Below are positions 59,830 to 64,000 of a stretch of 64,000 bases of DNA, in pieces. The notes under the pieces were generated by a model that was given only the letters and a program-made list of their open reading frames with translations, was not told the DNA's origin and ran no database searches. Each line of letters starts with the position of its first letter. Within the stretch, counting starts at the first letter, position 1. Position numbers and translations under genes: made by a program. This DNA is from Acidobacteriota bacterium (GTDB lineage Bacteria; Acidobacteriota; Thermoanaerobaculia; Gp7-AA8): contig JACPDH010000077.1 in assembly GCA_016184115.1 (NCBI GenBank), positions 64,103-128,102 of the forward strand, in the 5' to 3' direction.

Positions 59830-60627
59830 ATGGGAATTCTTGTCGACTACAGCGTCGAGAACGGCGTAGCGGTCATCGCGTTGAACGATCCGCCGGCGAA
59901 CACCTACACATACGAAATGAACAAGGAGCTCGACACGGCGATCCTCGAGGCTCGCATGGACGACAGCGTTCACGTGATCGTGCTGCGGGGCGCGGGAGAC
60001 AAGTTCTTCTCTGCCGGCGCGAACATCAAGATGCTTTCGGAGGTCACCCCGGGCTTCAAGTACTACTTCTGCCTTCACGCGAACGAGACGCTCAGCCGCC
60101 TCGAGCAGACGCCGAAGCTCGTCATTGCGGCGATCAACGGCCACTGCGTCGGCGGCGGACTCGAGATCGCGATGGCGGCTGACATGCGCATCGCGAAGAA
60201 GGGGGCCGGCAAGATGGGGCTCCCCGAAGTCTCGCTCGGTGTCCTCCCGGGAACGGGCGGAACGCAGCGCCTGTCGCGCATCGTCGGCAAGTCGAAGTCG
60301 ATCGAGCTGATGATCGAAGGCGGCCTCTTCGAGCTCGAGGACGCGCTCGAGATGGGAATCATCAATTACCTCTGGCCGGCCGAAGAGGATGGCAAGGCGT
60401 GGTGGGATCGTGTCATGGAGTACGCCCGCAGCTTCTGTCCGCCGAACAAGGCGTCGAGGGCGGTCGGTCGGATCAAGCGCTCGGTGCAGTCGGGCTGGGA
60501 GCTTCCGTTCGAGTCGGCGCTCACGCTGGAGCGCGAGCTGCAGCAGCAGCTCTTCCAGTCGAGCGACGCGAAAGAAGGGCTCAACGCCTACGTCACGAAG
60601 CGGACGCCGAAGTTCGAAGGCAAGTAG
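59830..60627 (+). CDS. Enoyl-CoA hydratase/isomerase (crotonase family)
   Basis: VIALNDPPANTY...RGAGDKFFSAGANIKML...GHCVGGGLEIAMAADMR. Confidence 0.8.
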   Translation: MGILVDYSVENGVAVIALNDPPANTYTYEMNKELDTAILEARMDDSVHVIVLRGAGDKFFSAGANIKMLSEVTPGFKYYFCLHANETLSRLEQTPKLVIAAINGHCVGGGLEIAMAADMRIAKKGAGKMGLPEVSLGVLPGTGGTQRLSRIVGKSKSIELMIEGGLFELEDALEMGIINYLWPAEEDGKAWWDRVMEYARSFCPPNKASRAVGRIKRSVQSGWELPFESALTLERELQQQLFQSSDAKEGLNAYVTKRTPKFEGK

Positions 60628-60653
60628 CGCCACGAACGCAGCGCATCGAACCG

Positions 60654-60680
60654 AAGGGCGGCCGCGAGGCCGCCCTTATT
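60654..60680. terminator. Palindromic terminator-like hairpin between convergent genes
   Basis: GGGCGGCC-gcga-GGCCGCCC followed by TTATT. Confidence 0.45.
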
Positions 60681-60704
60681 CGCGCTCGATTGCTGGCGGC
60701 GGCC

Positions 60705-61310
60705 TTACACCGAGTCGATTCCCGCCTGGCTCAGTGCTTCTGCAAGCAACTCGCTTAGCCCCTGCTCCGCGGCCGAGGCGCGAAGGTAGGTGAGGTCGAG
60801 CGTGGCACGTGCCTTGATCAGTCCCGTGACATCACGCCATTGGCGATCGGAGATGCCGTTGCCGGCTCGGAACCACATCAGCTTTCGCACGATCAGGTCC
60901 TCCGGCGAGTACAAGCTGACCGAAACTCCGGGCATGACATCCATCCTCGTCGAGCGCTCGAGTTGCCGGTCTGCGAATGGGGCATCCTCGGCCACGAAGA
61001 TGTCGACCTTCATTCCCAGAGTAATGTGGATGATGTTGAACGCCGTCCGCCGCCGTACAGCGTCGAGAACGGTTTCCTCATCGACGTAGTAGTCGGGTCC
61101 AAGTGCGCCGACGAACGCCCTGGCTTGCGGCTCCGAAAGCCTGGCCATCAGGTCGACGTCGAACGTGGAGCGCGGCTCTCCCAGCAGACCGCTGGCGACC
61201 GAACCTCCCACTACGTATCGGATGTCGAGACGATCGAAGATCTGCCCGATGGCAGCCGCAAGCAGGACGGGATCGGCCTTCGTCACGGCCTGTGTTCCTC
61301 TGGATCCCAT
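60705..61310 (-). CDS. Nucleotidyltransferase-like hypothetical protein (minimal-NTase fold suspected)
   Basis: Start chosen at the internal Met (MGSRGTQAV...). LDIRYVVGGSVASGLLGEPRSTFDVDLMARLS resembles MNT-type GS...D.D motifs. The longer 327-aa ORF N-terminus looks non-coding. Confidence 0.35.
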   Translation of the reverse strand: MGSRGTQAVTKADPVLLAAAIGQIFDRLDIRYVVGGSVASGLLGEPRSTFDVDLMARLSEPQARAFVGALGPDYYVDEETVLDAVRRRTAFNIIHITLGMKVDIFVAEDAPFADRQLERSTRMDVMPGVSVSLYSPEDLIVRKLMWFRAGNGISDRQWRDVTGLIKARATLDLTYLRASAAEQGLSELLAEALSQAGIDSV

Positions 61311-61552
61311 CCGTACACGCGGATCATCGTGTCGCGGTCGAGACGCATCGACGCAAGTCGAAGAAACGTCTCGCGCTCCGACGCATTCGGGTGACGCATC
61401 CGGATTCCGATGAGAGCCATTTCCTGGACGGAATCGTTGAACGAGCGAAACAGCTCGACTCGTTCCTGTAGCGACATCCGTCTCCAGAGCTCGAACTGCA
61501 TCCGGTCGATCTTTTCGGACGTGTCGCGCGCCTGGGGCGTGTACCCACTCAC
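61283..61552 (-). CDS. Small hypothetical protein overlapping the start of the NTase-like gene
   Basis: 89 aa, helical, coding-like. Overlaps the downstream gene by about 28 nt. Possible toxin-antitoxin-like partner. Confidence 0.3.
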   Translation of the reverse strand: MSGYTPQARDTSEKIDRMQFELWRRMSLQERVELFRSFNDSVQEMALIGIRMRHPNASERETFLRLASMRLDRDTMIRVYGWDPEEHRP

Positions 61553-61628
61553 AACCCAATTCTAAGGCCGCCGGTGCCGATTCGGCCGCCCTTTGACTTT
61601 TCCCGCTGTCCCGAGAAGAATGCCCGCC

Positions 61629-63086
61629 ATGTCCGATTCGACCATCCAGCGGCAGCTCTACATCAACGGCGAGTTCGTCGACGCCCACAGCGGCGAGACG
61701 TTCACCTCGATCAACCCTGCGACCGAAGAGGCGATCTGCGACGTCGCTTGTGCCGATGCGGCCGACGTCGACCTCGCGGTTGCCTCGGCGCGCGCGCAGA
61801 TGGAGCCAGGCTCCGCGTGGCAGAAGATGAAGCCGCGCGACCGGGCGAAGGTGATGTGGAAACTCGCCGACATCCTCTCCTCGCGCGCTTCCGAGATCGG
61901 ACGCATCGAGACGATCGACAATGGGAAGCCGATCTTCGAGTCGCAGTACGTCGACGTGCCGGCCGCCGCGGAGTGTCTCTACTACTTTGCCGGATGGTCG
62001 GGGAAGGTCACCGGGGAGACGATTCCGATCCAGGAGGGAGCGTTCACCTACACGACGCGCGAGCCGTTAGGCGTGGTCGGCGCGATCACGCCGTGGAACT
62101 TCCCGCTGATGCTTGCGGTCTGGAAGATTGCTCCGGCGCTCGCGTGCGGGAACACCGTCGTCCTCAAACCGGCGGAGTACACCTCGCTTTCGATCCTCAA
62201 GTTCGCCGAATACGCCCGTGAGGCGGGTCTTCCGCCGGGCGTGCTCAACATCAGCCCCGGGAAGGGCACGGTCGCCGGCGCGGCGCTCGTCGACCATCCA
62301 GGCGTCGACGCGATCGCCTTCACCGGCTCGACCGTCGTGGGGCGCGAGATCATGACGCGCGCTGCGCGGACGGTGAAGAAGGTTTCCCTCGAGCTCGGCG
62401 GAAAGTCGCCTAACATCGTCTTTGCCGACGCCGACCTCGAGGCTGCCGCGCGCGGCGCCCTCAGTGCCATCTTCTACGGCAAAGGCGAAGTCTGCGCCGC
62501 CGGATCACGTCTCCTCGTCGAAGATTCGGTGCACGACGCGCTCGTCGAAAAGGTGCGGGAGCGCGCCGCGAAGATGGTCGCCGCCGATCCACTCGACCCG
62601 AAAACGCGCCTCGGGGCGATCGTCTCGAAGAAGCAGATGGAGTCGGTGTTAGGCTACATCGAGACGGGGAAGAACGAGGGCGCGACCGTCGTCGCCGGCG
62701 GCGGGCGCGCCGACATCGGAACAGGCAAAGGCTACTTCGTGCAGCCGACTGTCTTCACCGGAGTCGAGCCATCGATGACGATCGCGCGCGAGGAGATCTT
62801 CGGGCCGGTCCTCGCGACGCTCCGCTTCAGCGATCAGGATGATGCCGTGAGGAAGGGAAACGACTCGCTCTACGGCCTCGCCGCCGCGCTCTGGACACGC
62901 GACGTCTCGAAGGCGCACCGCGTCGCGCGCGCACTGAAGGCTGGCACCGTCTGGGTGAACACCTACAACATGTACGATCCCGCGCTCCCGTTCGGCGGAT
63001 TCAAGGAGTCGGGCTTCGGTCGCGATCAGGGGCGCGACGCGCTCGACAAGTACACACAGACGAAAAGTGTCTGGATGGCGTTGTAG
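61629..63086 (+). CDS. NAD(P)-dependent aldehyde dehydrogenase
   Basis: ALDH glutamate region LELGGKSPNIVF. Catalytic Cys region GEVCAAGSRLLV. Start at MSDSTIQRQLYING. Confidence 0.85.
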   Translation: MSDSTIQRQLYINGEFVDAHSGETFTSINPATEEAICDVACADAADVDLAVASARAQMEPGSAWQKMKPRDRAKVMWKLADILSSRASEIGRIETIDNGKPIFESQYVDVPAAAECLYYFAGWSGKVTGETIPIQEGAFTYTTREPLGVVGAITPWNFPLMLAVWKIAPALACGNTVVLKPAEYTSLSILKFAEYAREAGLPPGVLNISPGKGTVAGAALVDHPGVDAIAFTGSTVVGREIMTRAARTVKKVSLELGGKSPNIVFADADLEAAARGALSAIFYGKGEVCAAGSRLLVEDSVHDALVEKVRERAAKMVAADPLDPKTRLGAIVSKKQMESVLGYIETGKNEGATVVAGGGRADIGTGKGYFVQPTVFTGVEPSMTIAREEIFGPVLATLRFSDQDDAVRKGNDSLYGLAAALWTRDVSKAHRVARALKAGTVWVNTYNMYDPALPFGGFKESGFGRDQGRDALDKYTQTKSVWMAL

Positions 63087-63087
63087 G

Positions 63088-63162
63088 GAACGCGAAACGC
63101 GGAACGCGGAACGCGGAACGCGAAACGCGGAATGCGAAACGCTAAACGCTGAGCGTGAAACG
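63088..63162. repeat. Heptamer tandem repeat array E (AACGCGG/AACGCGA, about 10 units), single arm
   Basis: GAACGCGAAACGCGGAACGCGGAACGCGGAACGCGAAACGCGGAATGCGAAACGCTAAACGCT begins 2 nt after the ALDH stop. Confidence 0.75.
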
Positions 63163-63299
63163 AGCGATTCGGCGCTACACGCACAGTTTGTCGTCTCTCC
63201 TCCTTCTCCCGCTTCGCGGGATCGGTCGGCAGACGACGAACTGTGCGTTCTGGATGCGTCGCGCCCCGCGCAGGGGTGCCGGCGAGGCATCGAACCTCG

Positions 63300-63560
63300 C
63301 TACTTCTTCGTCTCCGGGATCTTCAGCGGTCCCTCCTTCAGATCTTCGCGGATGATTAGGTCGAGGAAGAGCTGCCGCACCCCGTCCTTGCCCTGCGCTT
63401 TGTACACGCGCCTGACGTCGGCCGGCTTCAGCTTCACGCCAGTCATCGCATGAAGGTACTGGCAGAACACGACCGCCCGCGAACGGAACGAGACGATGAG
63501 GATGAGCAGGAGAAGGAAGGCGAACGCGACGAGCACCAGCGTCATCAGATTTTCGGGCAT
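63300..63560 (-). CDS. Small membrane hypothetical protein
   Basis: MPENLMTLVLVAFAFLLLLILIVSF... single TM. Start uncertain. Confidence 0.3.
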   Translation of the reverse strand: MPENLMTLVLVAFAFLLLLILIVSFRSRAVVFCQYLHAMTGVKLKPADVRRVYKAQGKDGVRQLFLDLIIREDLKEGPLKIPETKK

Positions 63561-63619
63561 CGTGAGGTCACACTCCGTCGGGCGCAATGCTAGCAGATCA
63601 TCGAGGCCCGATTCGCTGA

Positions 63620-63793
63620 CCTAAGTGCCCCGTTCGCAAAATTCGGCTACACAGGCCGTGAGTGCCGAGGCGTCGGATGCGAGGCGTCGCGACGCAGGCG
63701 ATGCAGGGACATCGCTGAGGAGCGACAACGAAACAGACGGCGTCGCGGCGCCACGGAATGCGTCGTCGAATTTAGCGAACGGGGCACTAAGTT
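63620..63793. repeat. Long-range inverted repeat (about 25 bp arms, 2 mismatches) flanking about 120 bp
   Basis: CCTAAGTGCCCCGTTCGCAAAATTCG ... CGAATTTAGCGAACGGGGCACTAAGTT. Confidence 0.5.
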
Positions 63794-63882
63794 AGCAATC
63801 CGCGCGGCGGTTTTCCTTCGCGCATTTCACGATTCTCAAGCGAGCTCCTGCCCCGTATGCTTTCCCCGGAGAGAAACGAGGA

Positions 63883-64000
63883 ATGAAGGTCTATTTGATG
63901 CGCCACGGCGAGGCTGCGGCGAGACAGGGTGACGCTGAGCCTGGGCTCACGCTCAACGGAGAGCGGCAGGCCGATGACACGGCGCGAGCTCTCGTGCGTC
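63883..64000 (+). CDS. Histidine phosphatase family protein (SixA-like phosphohistidine phosphatase), 3' partial
   Basis: MKVYLMRHGEAAARQGDAEPGLTLNGERQ. RHGEA is the catalytic His motif. Confidence 0.6.
   Translation, partial: MKVYLMRHGEAAARQGDAEPGLTLNGERQADDTARALVR

Noticed and set aside
60705-61688. Full 327-aa ORF as a single gene
   Set aside because: The N-terminal 126 residues are low-complexity (Arg/Ser/Pro-rich) and overlap the upstream small ORF, so a shorter gene from the internal Met is more plausible.
45577-63162. Heptamer repeat arrays as CRISPR arrays
   Set aside because: The period is 7 nt with no unique spacers and no cas genes, so these are not CRISPR.

Overview
This is a high-GC (about 65%) chromosomal window that looks acidobacterial. 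Support comes from a TIGR03436-type VWFA-related acidobacterial-domain protein, many TPR-linked Ser/Thr kinases and a prepilin-type protein. Coding density is high and most real genes are on the + strand.

Housekeeping content includes mntP, tRNA-Gly(GCC) with an intrinsic terminator, an NtrY/NtrX-like two-component pair with a DUF4390 gene, lpxC, a GAF/HD-GYP phosphodiesterase, smpB, accD-folC-glyA, rnr, pth, serS, dsbD, yhbY, pfk, and fatty-acid and amino-acid metabolism genes.

The most unusual part is a block at about 15-28.8 kb. A soluble DPM1/GtrB-like GT2 (polyprenyl-phosphate sugar synthase type) is divergently adjacent to three tandem, translationally coupled YfhO-family GT-C membrane glycosyltransferase paralogs. 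These are followed by a secreted M20 peptidase, a stand-alone type IV pilin-like gene with its own terminator, a second M20 paralog and a fourth YfhO paralog. I read this as a multi-specificity periplasmic glycosylation locus whose acceptor is unknown in a bacterium without teichoic acids.

Other notable calls:
- A GrdB/PrdB-like selenoprotein candidate with an in-frame TGA giving a U-x-x-C motif, and a hairpin at the TGA.
- A family of five heptanucleotide-tandem-repeat palindromic elements, each starting 1-4 nt after the stop codon of a + strand gene.
- A 20-bp long-range RNA duplex (with a G-U wobble) enclosing the 5' leader of the HD-GYP gene.
- A translationally coupled pth / ChlI-like AAA+ / RHH-fusion / VWA / secreted S8 subtilase operon.

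No CRISPR array, rRNA or obvious transposase was seen. All domain assignments come from reading the translated sequences and motifs by eye, with no database search.
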